A stretch of 61,467 bases of DNA, filler included, from Choristocarpus tenellus KU-1152 (Eukaryota > Protista > Phaeophyceae): the NCBI GenBank assembly GCA_964200185.2. It is 9 parts of 9 records of this genome, joined end to end, with 100 filler letters (N's around TTAATTAATTAA, not from the genome) between each part and the next. Parts side by side here need not be neighbours in the genome. Positions count along the whole stretch, not along the records: positions 50,598 to 53,534 come from CAXNAD020023521.1; positions 53,635 to 57,613 come from CAXNAD020016820.1; positions 57,714 to 61,467 come from CAXNAD020018134.1; 6 more parts are not named here. The stretch is one strand, 5' to 3'. Under the pieces are notes generated by a model, which saw nothing but the letters and a program-made list of their open reading frames with translations, was not told the origin of the DNA and did no database searches. Made by a program: the position numbers and the translations under genes. Below are positions 51,083 through 61,467 of the stretch, in pieces; position 1 is the first letter of the stretch, and the number at the start of each line of letters is the position of its first letter.

Positions 51083-53239
51083 GTTGCTGCTGCCGCCACC
51101 ACCTCTGTCCCAGACAGTTGGAGGAGGGGTTGATACCCTCGATGAACAGGTAGCCAAGCTTGAGGGCATGAATGTAAACAAGCAGAGTGAAAAGAGTGGG
51201 TGGGATAAGAACAGAAAGAAGGCTCTGGGAAAAGGCAAGGCTGACACCGAGAAAGTCAGTGGCAAGTGTGAAATCAAAGGGGTAGGTGCAACATCACATG
51301 GTGACAGTCGTGCATTCGATTCCTTGGAGCGGCGGGAGTATGGGGCTCCTCGTGGTGCAGAGGATGTGTCTGGGTCTTCCCATTCTGTCGTTGGGGGGAA
51401 GGGCGGGGGAGGGAGTGGTGGGGGCGGGGGTTTGGTCTGTGAAAGCCGATCTCGACAAAATTTGGTGAGGAAGGGGAGAGGCGATTCTGTTGTAGGAGAT
51501 GGTGGTTCAACAGCAGTGCTGAGATGTTCCGTTTGTGGGGTGGAGCACAGAGAGGCACAGCTTCAGGCTTTGCTCATTCGAGCCAAGGCTGCGAGGTGAG
51601 TTGTTGGGGCGAGAGGGATTTTGGTTGTGAGGGGGGATGGGAAGGGGTTCCTACCTTGGGTAGCGATGACATTGGGTGGGCTGATTGGTAGTGATGAGTG
51701 AGCAGGAGGTGGCATCCCTGTTGAGCTATGCCTGGGTTTTGAGCTTTTATTTTTCTCATTCTTCTTATTTTTATTCTTATTCTGTGTTGATGAAAAGTTC
51801 TGTCCCCTCGTGTACTGTTCTCTGATATTTCCTTGAGATTTCTGCATGTGAGAGGTTCCGTAGTGCACTGTTATTGCGTGTGTATCCTTTTTGATGTGTA
51901 TCCTTTTTGACGTGTTTTTGTTGGAAAAGTTACGGCCTAAGGTGTGAGTGCTTTGGATCTCCGATGTTGTTATCGCTTTGACCGGGGGTGGATCTGCACT
52001 AAGAAAAAAAACAACGCTTCTCGATTTCGATTTAGTCTAGAGCGAGGATGAATCGGGGGATATGTGTCAAGGGTGTGGAATGTTCCCTTTATTGGAGAAT
52101 CTCTTATTGCCTGAAAAAAAAAACGTTTGAAAGCTCAAGGTGGTTGGTTAAGCTTTGGTCGATTGTTAGCCTTCGAAGTTTGACTTCACTTGGACTGTGC
52201 CAAGTTTTCCTCCGTCTGACTTTACTGTGGGTGCCAGCTGGGAACCTCGTTCTGTGCGTTTAAAAGTTTGAAGTAAGAAAAGCTGAAATAAAAAATGAGA
52301 TACGTGGATGCCATAGTGACTACAGTCAAAAGTTATAAAATAAATAAATATATATATGTATATTATTTTTGGACGCTGTGAACGCAGCAGTTCAAATTCC
52401 AAAGTAAAAAAAAAGAAAAATAATTGGTGCGCCCTGACTGAATCACAGCACCCGGCATCCACAGAACCTAGGTGATTTTTGAGTTCTAAAGCATTGCTGT
52501 ACTACTGAACCTTCAATTCCAAAGTTGAAGTCAGCAGTATGTTCTGTGTGGTGAAGTAAGGGCTGAATTTCGACAATCGTTTTGCCCGTATATTTTGTTC
52601 TAGTCAAAAACGTCGTATCTATCTTCTGTGTATATATTCCTGGAGTCTTTGTTTCAATGGAGAGCTGTTTCGGCCCGTCTTAGTACGGTTCCGTACTATT
52701 TATTTGATTTATTTTTTGTATATTCTGAATTTTATTATTATTATAAGGTAACTGCACACTTTTCGCGGCGTGTGAGGTGTGAGGACACGTTCTGAGGCAT
52801 AGATTGAAAAAAAAATCAGTATACGGTTGATGAATTTAAGATGAATCGACCCTCTTCCTTTTTTTTTTCCCCCAATTTCATTTTTTTTTTTCAAAAAGCG
52901 AAAGAGACGGTGTCGGGTGTGTAGATTTAAGTGAGTACCGCCGCCCCTCCTTATCTGAGTCAGCCTGTGCTCTGAACCAACATCCTCCTTCAGCCTCCCA
53001 CACCGATGCCTGCCTCTGATAGCAAAAAATGATCTTACAGTGTCACCCCAGCGCCACCCACATGGCTACCCCCTTCTCCTTGGCCCTGCCCCCAGCCCAA
53101 ACTTGCCCATCAGCTAGCTTAACATCTTCTCTGATGTGGGGTCATTTGAGCAGGGAAGTGGTTGACTTTCAGTTGCGAGCGAGGGACTTCCCTGCGGCCA
53201 AGAAGTCACTTGAGAAGTGGTTTGGTGATTTTGATGCAG
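51083..53239 (+). CDS. Two internal exons of an unidentified gene (51083-51595, 53154-53239); possibly the C-terminal part of a SET/MYND (SMYD-like) protein
   Basis: CAG|G acceptor, AG|GTGAGT donor and a phase-matched CAG|G acceptor. The spliced sequence reads ...LRCSVCGVEHREAQLQALLIRAKAAREVVDFQLRARDFPAAKKSLEKWFGDFDA. The SMYD assignment rests only on CxxCG followed by helical sequence. Confidence 0.55.
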
Positions 53240-53257
53240 GTGATCATAATGGTACTA

Positions 53258-53272
53258 TTATTTTATTATTAA

Positions 53273-53306
<34 letters not shown>

Positions 53307-53308
53307 TT
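53258..53308. repeat. (TTA)n microsatellite (intronic)
   Basis: Direct inspection. Confidence 0.9.
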
Positions 53309-53654
53309 AGGTGTACTTTGGTAAATGCAGTTTCATTACATTTAAATAAAAATTGTGCCAGCTCAGTCTCTTTCCTTCCTTCCTGTGACCAAGGCATAAG
53401 AGGTACCAGTTTGAAAAAATCAGGAAGTCTTACCGATAGATGTGTTACATTTGTTTCTTGTTAAGGATGTAGTCCCCGTGAGTACACGTTCATTGTCCTA
53501 GATGTTCTCCTTCGCACTGCCCCCTGCTCCCCCCNNNNNNNNNNNNNNNNNNNNNNNNNNNNNNNNNNNNNNNNNNNNTTAATTAATTAANNNNNNNNNN
53601 NNNNNNNNNNNNNNNNNNNNNNNNNNNNNNNNNNATGGCTTCGTGATGTCTGCA

Positions 53655-53821
53655 GGTGGAGGGGGGGGGGGGGTATACACCAGGGTGTCCATTCTGACCC
53701 TGACCAGGAGAAGTGAACTTACATTATCCATCTGACGCATGCAACCAAATCACCCCAAAATCACTACATGGAAAACTCGGCCCCAACTGGACAGCCGCCA
53801 CCCCCCCAGATACTTTGAGCC
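53655..53821 (-). mobile_element. MITE family B copy (one end eroded)
   Basis: ACATTATCCATCTGACGCATGCAACCAAATCACC...GGACAGCCGCCACCCCCCCAGATACTTTGAGCC. Confidence 0.82.
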
Positions 53822-54820
53822 AATTGTAAGAATCAATTATTTTTAACATGTCATCTCCTTCGTCCTCTTCCCTGGTGTACCTCAATTTTGGGGTCAAGTA
53901 TCACTGCCACATCGAAGAAATTATACCCAAGGTACCGTATGGCAGAGATGTCAGCCGTGCCCTTAGGTTCTTCGACGCCCAGTGAAAAAGAAAGCGTGTG
54001 AGTGTTGACCAGGCACTCGATTCAATTGACACACTACTCTATGATACTAACCCCTCCCTTAACCAAAGGTTGGTGCTCCTTAGTCACATTGCATAATTTA
54101 ATGGCATGTCCCTGCTCAGCAGGAATGTCAAGGCATTGGTGAGATTTGCGTCAATAAACAGCCCTATTGACCACAGTACCGCTGAATCAGACTTCATCAC
54201 ATTTGTATCTCTATTGTGCTGTCTTTTGCCCCAAACCCTGAGAGCTCTTCCCGTGAGCTAAGCCCTTCTCAAGTTTGACCTTAATAGTTGTCCCAACTGC
54301 CAACCAGTCTGTCTGTGCAATCCATCAAGTTCAGCTAGCTAGATTTGATCAAATATTGGCTCCTGGAATAATCTGTTTTGGAACAACCACAGGAATTGTC
54401 AGGGAACCATTTCCACCAGGAGGCTGAGGAGGCGAGCCAACTATTCCAACATACAGTCTCATCTGCAGGGGTAGGAGGAGCTAGGCGGTTAGAGGATCAA
54501 CAGAGAGGCCATATTGGGGGTGAGTGTGTCCAGAATGTGCCAAACAGGATATTTTCATGTTGACCTTGCTCTCTACGTTTATATTGGCTCCTAGGGCAGT
54601 ACTTTGCACACCCTGGACTCAGCCATCGTCACCACCTCCTCCCCTATTCATTTTCCTTTTGCTGCATCGCCTACAGGCCTGTTCCAGGCAAGGAGATTGC
54701 AACTCCCTGGTCCACCTGGGACCCCGGGATGGTGTCCAACCTAAAACTGTGAAGGACCTCTACAGCCTTCTTCTCCTATGGGCATTGTGAAGTGCTCATT
54801 CCAAGGGTGGTAACATTTTT

Positions 54821-55180
54821 GAGTGAAAGTATCTTAAAGGGTATGTAATTTGCCCTGTTTGTCCATTTGGGGCTTGACTTCTCACGGGTATTTTATTACA
54901 TTTGACCTACTTCGAAATGTTTTGGAGTAGGTAATATTTATACGTTATGAAAAGGTGTGTCCGGAACAAGGATATTGACACTTCCTCAAAAACACGATAG
55001 TCAAAATTACATCAAAATCGGAACATTGGGTTTTGACCCCCAAATGGACGCGACTCTACCCTCTAAGATACTTTGGCTCAAAGGTATGTCCGGAACAAGG
55101 TTATTGACACTTCCTAACAAACACGATAGCAAATTGCAAAATTGACCCCCAAAAGGACACAGCTCTACCCTCTAAGATCC
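54821..55180 (-). mobile_element. MITE family A copy (54821-55079) plus a tandem partial duplicate (55080-55180)
   Basis: Full TIRs, then a repeat of AAGGT.TGTCCGGAACAAGG.TATTGACACTTCCT...CTCTACCCTCTAAGAT. Confidence 0.9.
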
Positions 55181-55292
55181 TGTGTTCCTGACTAGGTGTG
55201 CCACGATCCAGTCCATCGTCCTAACAACGAGTCCACCAACTTTACTCTGGCCATTATAAAAGGTAGTATACAGGAATTGTGCGGTTAAATGG

Positions 55293-55908
55293 ATGTAGTG
55301 TGTGAGAGAGTCAAAGTATCTTTAAAAGTTTGAGGGTAGAGCCGCGTCCGTTTAGGGTCAAAAATCCAATGTTACGATGTTGATGCAATTTTGACTATCG
55401 TGTTGTTAGCAAGTGCCAATATTCTTGTTCCGGACACACCTTTTGTATACATTTTACCTACTCTGAAATATTTCGGAGTAGGAAAATGAAAAAAAAGATG
55501 GGATGTCAAGTTCCAAACGGACAAACAGGCAAAACTCGTACCCTCTAAGATACTTTCACTCAGAGTTGAAGCAATCTGTGTTCTTTTACTTCCACTCTCA
55601 TGGGGAAGTGTGCAGATTAAGATACAAACTAAGGCAATTTGTAACCGAAATAATTCAGTGCCATTCAGACAGTGTTAGAACAGTAATGAAGGTGGAACAA
55701 GGATCGAGAGCCAGTGCAACACGAGCCAAATAAAAAATATATGTATATCCATAGTCAGAACAAAATTCATCTATGACCTTGTCAGTGCTGTCTGAATGGC
55801 GCTGAATGCTTTCGGTTACAAATTGCCTCAATTTGTATCTTAATCTGCACACTCCCCATGAAAGTTTATGTAAGAGAACACAGATTGCTTCAACTCTCAT
55901 ACACTACA
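55293..55908. mobile_element. Long-TIR (~120 bp) foldback/MITE-like element (family D) with a MITE A nested in its left arm
   Basis: 55562-55673 is the reverse complement of ~55787-55897. The arm continues as ATGTAGTGTG before the MITE A and CACACTACAT at the right end. Confidence 0.8.
55308..55561 (+). mobile_element. MITE family A copy nested in family D
   Basis: GAGTCAAAGTATC...TACCCTCTAAGATACTTTCACTC, with an AGAG-like duplication at the flanks. Confidence 0.88.
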
Positions 55909-56139
55909 TTATATATTTTTTTACACAGTTTCTACGAAGCCTTCTATTGGTTCTTCAGATGTACCAACACAGTGATGTACAATCGTGTCCCATGATCCCT
56001 TGCTTGGCGTATGGGTGAAACTTTGAACTAGCTCCCCTCTGCTGTTTCTCTTGGTGGGCGTAGCACTTGCTCCCCCAGGCCCGAACGAAGCCTATCATAT
56101 TTATTTTTTTTGCGTGTCCGATTCTCACACGGTGTTTAA

Positions 56140-56365
56140 TTCTTTCATTGAATAGGAGTAGATTTCCTGCGGTGCCCTGTCTCGATATAGGATCGTTGGT
56201 CCAGTCCGATTCCCCATACCCCATGAACCCTTTGGTATCTCTCTCTCCTTCAGTGGGATAGTGTATCCCCAGATCGGCGGAGCCTGTAATATAATGCAGT
56301 ACATGTTGTAGTCCCTTCCAGTGCCGCTTGCGTGGTGATAAAGCAGTGTGATCTAGTTCTCTCAC
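56140..56365 (-). pseudogene. Ty1/copia RT-RNase H junction fragment (second family)
   Basis: PRKRHWKGLQHVLHYITGSADLGIHY...GYGESDWTNDPISRQGTAGNLL matches copia P...HW...KRILRYL.GT...GL.Y...GY.DADWA.D...RRSTSG. Confidence 0.82.
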
Positions 56366-56967
56366 AGAGCTGTTGCTGTCACCAGCACTGTCCTGATTAT
56401 ATAATCCACTGGGCTGAACATGTTGAAGTATTCCACACCCTCTTGTTGGATGAAGCCCCGTACCACCAACCTTCCCTTGAACTGTTCAACGGTCCCCTCG
56501 ACTGTTGGCTTTATCTTAAAATTCGGACTAAGTATTGGCAGGATCTCTTACCCATGTCAAAACCTCTCCCTCTATGAATGTTCCTTTCATCTACTGTCAC
56601 TCCATCTTCTCCATCGCCACTTGCCATTCTCGCGCATCAGTCCCTGCGAGTGGCTCTGATATCGAAGATGTTCTTGATGGTCTGGAGTAGGAAGTACTTA
56701 CTCCCCAGACTTTCCAGTCTTGTGCAGGGAGTCCTTTGCTGACAACCTGCCTGCGAGAGTAAGCAAGGACTGCCATTGTGGCAACCACCTTGGAAAAAAG
56801 CAATGCCTTACCCTACCAGGGTTGGTTGCTGGGCTCCTTCTCCCTCAGGAGTTGGAGACCTAAATCTAGCCCTCTTACAGGCGATTGGGGGGTTATGGAG
56901 GTGTGTCATCGCAGCAAGCACCTCAGATGTAGCTGCTCCTTTCCCTTCTGGTGGAGGCTACGTTACT

Positions 56968-57219
56968 GAGTCAAATTATCTTAGAGGGTAGAGCCGCGTC
57001 CATTTGAGGGCCAAAATCCAATGTTGCCATTTTGATGCAATTTTGGCTATCACGTTTGTTAGGAAGTGTCAATATCCTTGTCTGGACACACCTTTCATAA
57101 CGTATACATTCCACCTACTCCGAAATATTTTTGAGTAGGAAAATGTCTTAAAAACCCCATGGGAAGCCAAGCCCCAAACGGACAAACAGGGTAAAATTCG
57201 TACCTAGATACTTTAACTC
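56968..57219 (+). mobile_element. MITE family A copy with 4-bp TSD TACT
   Basis: GAGTCAAATTATCTTAGAGGGTA...AGATACTTTAACTC, with TACT on both flanks. Confidence 0.92.
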
Positions 57220-57303
57220 TACTGCTCCTGCTGATATCCTGCTCCCCTTGTGGCAGATACGGCAATTGCTTTTCTCACTCTGTAAGCAAGAGTCTCGGGG
57301 TCT

Positions 57304-57477
57304 GACCCAAAGTATCTGGGGTGGGCGGGTCTACAATAGGGTGTTCATCTGGGCCATGACCATGAAAAGTGCACTTACATTATCCATCCGACATATGCAA
57401 TCAAATCACAAAAAAATCGCGACAAGAAAAATTGACCCCAAAAGGACAGCTTCCGCCCTCCCCAGATACTTTGGCTC
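57304..57477 (-). mobile_element. MITE family B copy
   Basis: GACCCAAAGTATCTGGG...CCCAGATACTTTGGCTC TIRs, with an interior matching the other B copies. Confidence 0.88.
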
Positions 57478-58303
57478 TCTCCAATCCATGGGCAAGCCCC
57501 CTCAGCGACAAATTTGGTGACGACTGTTCCAGGTCAATAGGCTGAATATATGTTACAGGTGAATAGCGCGAGCTTTTCTTCTTGTATTTCAACGAAGTGC
57601 AAACGTTTGTTACNNNNNNNNNNNNNNNNNNNNNNNNNNNNNNNNNNNNNNNNNNNNTTAATTAATTAANNNNNNNNNNNNNNNNNNNNNNNNNNNNNNN
57701 NNNNNNNNNNNNNCACCATTTTGGGTCAAACCCATCCTCCATAGTATGCTCCATCCTCAATTTTGGTGAGATCCTGTTAAGGACCATGTGCTAAACTTGA
57801 CTTTGATGTTTTCTTTATTTGGTCACGAACACAGCGCTACCACCACAACACCCTTTCCTTAAGCCTCATCTGTAAACTGTGCACTCAGAAACATGAATAG
57901 TGGCCATCCTGATGATGTGAGTCAAAGTAACGAGAGGTACCCACAGTTGCATTCTAAGCGTGCTGACAAATACGCTCAAAATTCAGTTTTTTTTAACATA
58001 TGCGTGAAAGATATTTTCAGAAGTGTGTCGGAAAAGTTTCAAACCATAGAGAAATAAACGCTCTCAAAACAAACTTAGATCTTCATTGATAGAAATATGA
58101 GCGAATTGCGAAATATTGAAAAACAAATTTAAAATGCAAATCGGGCAAAAACTAGGTACCTCTCTTTTACTTTGATTTTGTATTTTAGTGGTATACTTCG
58201 ATTTTCTCAAAGCTCTCACTCTTACATGTTGGTAGACTCCATACACACCAGGGAACAATGAACTGCTCCATATACTGACAGACACAGTTCCCTTCCTTTT
58301 AGG

Positions 58304-58501
58304 TCATCTGCACCTTGTAAAACCGAATAGTTCAAGGATCTCAAGCACTGGAAGAACCTGCTCCACCATTCCTAAGCTGACATTGTGAAATGCAAGGAGG
58401 CTGAAGCAGTGCTGCAGCTCCATATACTGCTTATGTAGGGCATTCCAAGTTTGGTTCTCACCAGTGTTGTGATCTTCCAACTGCTGAAGGCCTTCTGGCA
58501 A
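58304..58501 (-). CDS. Possible exon resembling an ARL2-binding (BART) domain
   Basis: GENQTWNALHKQYMELQ loosely resembles the BART motif (W/Y)T.LH..Y..L. Weak. Confidence 0.25.
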   Translation of the reverse strand: MPEGLQQLEDHNTGENQTWNALHKQYMELQHCFSLLAFHNVSLGMVEQVLPVLEILELFGFTRCR

Positions 58502-58732
58502 AAACTAAAGAGGTCTGACCAAAACGACTGTGCGCATACTATTCAATCTCCATTCTGAAGACCACAATGGGAGACCAAAACTCCTCAATGTTAGTTACCT
58601 CGGGATTTTTGGGGTGTTTTGAATTAATTTAGCACGTAAACTTCCTTTGCACAGTGTGTACTCAGTTTAATCTTTCTCTTCGTGGGAAAATTATATTTTG
58701 GGGTGGGGGTCATCAAGAAAGACACTACTAAT

Positions 58733-59085
58733 ATGAGGCGATTTATTTCCAGGTTGGTGCAATCAACCCATCTCCGTCTCTATACCCGAAGCAGCACTGC
58801 AAGATCCTCTGTGGCTCCCTTTAGTGGTGAGCATAGTAGTCATATATACCGATATATTCCGACTCTGGTATGGCTATGCACAGAAATTAGTACTTTGCAT
58901 GATATTAATACTTCGAAGTACATACAATATGAAAGAATGATATATGTACAGTTGTTACCTCTAGAATCCAGGATTTGTCGATTTCCGAAAAAAATTATGG
59001 GAACCTTCAAACAAGATGAGCAGCGAATATCCAGTATAGTTAACGGACTGACTGCATACATGATATCAGAGCCAAATAAGCAGGG
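58733..59085 (+). CDS. 5' exons of an unidentified gene with a mitochondrial-type presequence (58733-58826, 58965-59085)
   Basis: MRRFISRLVQSTHLRLYTRSSTARSSVAPFS is R/S-rich with no acidic residues. G|GTGAGC donor, phase-matched CTAG| acceptor and GG|GTATGG donor. Confidence 0.5.
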
Positions 59086-60734
59086 GTATGGGTCAAAAGG
59101 GGGGCGTTGAAAGCCATACCACACTCTACCCCACTCTACACGGTTGATGCTCCCCTACAAAACCTCGAATACACGCAAAAAAGCAATACTCGAACAATAA
59201 AATAAGTGTAGTGGATTCTGTTGCAGTGTTGTTTCAGCTTCTCGAAATTGAAAGATGAAAGGGGGAGATAGATGGATGCAATGAGGATGTAAATATGGGG
59301 AGGATGAGATGAGAAAAGTGCTACAAAAGTCTTTTTCTCAACCTTCGTGTTGACCTCAGCTATGCAAAACGATTTCGATCTACTTGATGCTGGGTATGTC
59401 GATTGTCTACTCCATTAATTATATCTACGTTTTTCTTTTTTGGAATCAAAGTTGGTTGTAACCGCTCTCTTGATTGACTTATTCGAGTACAATAATTGTG
59501 GAAGGCAGAAGTGTGGAAATGACTACCTGCATGAAGCCTAAAAAGGCATTCTAATTTCTACTTGTTCGCTTTCAATGGATAAGGAAAAATGAGCTCATCT
59601 ACATTCAAAATGAATTTTAAGTAGTGCTAGGACCAGGAACCTGCATCAATTTTGCTAGGAATAAAAAAGTGTGGCATTCATTCTACCGAAAAGAGTGTTA
59701 CGACAAGTGAATACATGACGATTTTCGTATTGCCTGCGGCATTAGTAGCCAAATAACCCCTGTACGTCGTATACCGTCGTAATATGGTGTAGATTGCACT
59801 GTGCCGGAAGCAATATGTTGAGTCGAGATAGTCATAGCTTCCCCCAGAATCGTGACTGCGTATATTTGAAAACTAAACATTGTCAGTCCTCCCACTCACA
59901 TCTACAGTCCAACTATTTTGTTGACAAGCAGATTCAAGGGGATGGTTTGCCCAGGATGTGATTCGCTCGTCAATAGCTGGCATGACCGGGACTCCTGATC
60001 TGTGGTTAATTGTTATTATTTCAATATTTGATGGGGCACTTCACACTCTTCACTACATCAAGGAGCATTTGGTTTGCCTCTTAGGGCAGGCATGCCATCC
60101 TCAAAAAGGTAGTACTACTATGAAAGGGGGGGGGTTGCACTCCTTTTCTAAAGGAACAATTATTTCGTCCCTTAAAACAAGCATATCGACCTTGCCGAGG
60201 TAGTATTAAGAGGAGATTTGCACAGAGGCATGTTATCATACTTAAAAGTAGAAGGGTAACCGGTTGTTATATCTGTTGTTTGGTGGCACAGGACTTTTTT
60301 GCTGTGGGAAAAGTGTTTTCATACTGCTTTTATTGGACACAAAGACTGCAAAATTGAAAATCTTGGTCTGGACACCCCTCCATGTTTGTCTCTAGCTCTG
60401 GAGCAGAATCGAGCCAGCTTCATCCTACTAGTTTCTCAGCCAGAGAAATGGGAGAAAAACGGCATAATCTCTTTCACAATGGTGATCTACGTGATCTATT
60501 CACTTTTCCACTATGATACCCAGAGGCATCATTTGGGGGTACTTGCCCTAGCTTTGCTGGGTGCCTCATGCAGACCAGAGGGGTATCCGATGAGTATATT
60601 TGGGTCACTTATGATTTGGGTTTATAAGCGATTGTTCGGACAAGAGCACTTTTGGAACATCTGCCTCCTGCCACTCGAAGTGGACAACGCGAGAGTTTTG
60701 TTTAAGGTCTGTATAGCATATGGGGAAAGTGTCT

Positions 60735-61400
60735 GGTGGGGGGTCTTGAGCAGTTTCTGTGATGTGTGGGGGTGGGTCTTGAGCAATGTCTGTGACAGGT
60801 TGGGGTGGGTCTTGAGCTGTTGCGGTGATGTGTTGTGGTTGGTCTTGGTCAGGTGCAGTGGTGTGTGTGTAGGGGTCTTGGGCAAGATGTGGCGGGTAGT
60901 GGGAGTCTTGAGCAGGATGTGTGGTGGGTGGTGGTCTTTGACGGGGGTTGTGGTGGGTAGTGGGATTCTTGAGCAAGGTATGTTGTGGGTGATGGTCTTG
61001 GATGGGGATTGTGGTGGGTAGTGGGGATCTTGAGCAGGATTTGTCGTTGGTTATGATGGGCTTGAACAGGATTGGTGGTGGGTGGTCGAAATCTTGAGCA
61101 GGAGATTTGGTTGGTATGAAGGTGTTGCGCAGGCATTCTGTGGAAAAGGTCTTGACCAGGTTCATTGGTGTGTGTTGTGGGTAGTCAGAAACTTGAGCAG
61201 GAGATGTGGTTGGTATTAAGGTGTTTCTTGAGCATTCTGTGGTATGGGTCTTGACCAGGTTCAGTTGTGGGTTTGGTGTGTGACTTGGGCCAGAGGTGTG
61301 GTGTGTAGATGGGGGGGGAACTTGAGCAGAGAATGTGGAGGGTGTGGGGATGGGGGTGGTCTTGACAGTGTGGTGGATGGTCTAGGGAAAGACGGAAGGG
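60735..61400 (-). repeat. Degenerate 30-33-bp tandem array encoding (A)QDPPxxxT repeats, with a ~99-bp higher-order duplication
   Basis: GTCTTG core at 60743, 60776, 60809, 60842, 60875 and 60905. 61078-61170 resembles 61179-61270. The minus-strand ORF reads AQDPPQPVTDIAQDPPPHITETAQDPPP. Confidence 0.8.
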
Positions 61401-61467
61401 CAGGTGTGGAAGTGTTGTGGATGGGAAGGTGGTGGGTTGGGGGGGGGGGACACGGGGAGAAGTACAA

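Noticed and set aside
9485-57713. Recurring TTAATTAATTAA palindrome as a biological motif
   Set aside because: It is always centred in exactly 44+44 Ns, so it is an artificial six-frame stop linker.
57909-57945. Hammerhead ribozyme core (CTGATGA)
   Set aside because: No proper GAAA with flanking stems could be built.

Overview
Eukaryotic, intron-containing, repeat-rich draft genome sequence. It is most likely a photosynthetic stramenopile such as a brown alga or close relative (inferred from TE protein signatures, a TTAGGG tract and gene structure). The window is not one locus: eight artificial 100-bp linkers (N44-TTAATTAATTAA-N44) join nine contigs. Most of the sequence is transposon debris: a complete but dead plant-type (DD39D/Stowaway-master-like) mariner with TIRs and TA TSD, a degenerate Ty1/copia element with a Ty3/gypsy element apparently nested in it, the 3' end of an RLE-type non-LTR element, and about 16 copies or termini of three non-autonomous TIR families. 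These families share a G(A/G)nnnAAAGTATCT terminus, and family A makes 4-bp TSDs (Sola2-like). Host gene pieces include an Mpv17/PMP22 gene with a probable signal/plastid presequence, an FHA-domain gene whose later exons look forkhead-like, a possibly disrupted HSF-type DNA-binding domain gene, and exons of two or three unidentified genes. There are several tandem arrays and a ~5-kb degenerate intronless ORF of unknown family. No CRISPR, rRNA or convincing tRNA gene was found. All protein assignments come from motif recognition by eye, not from database searches.
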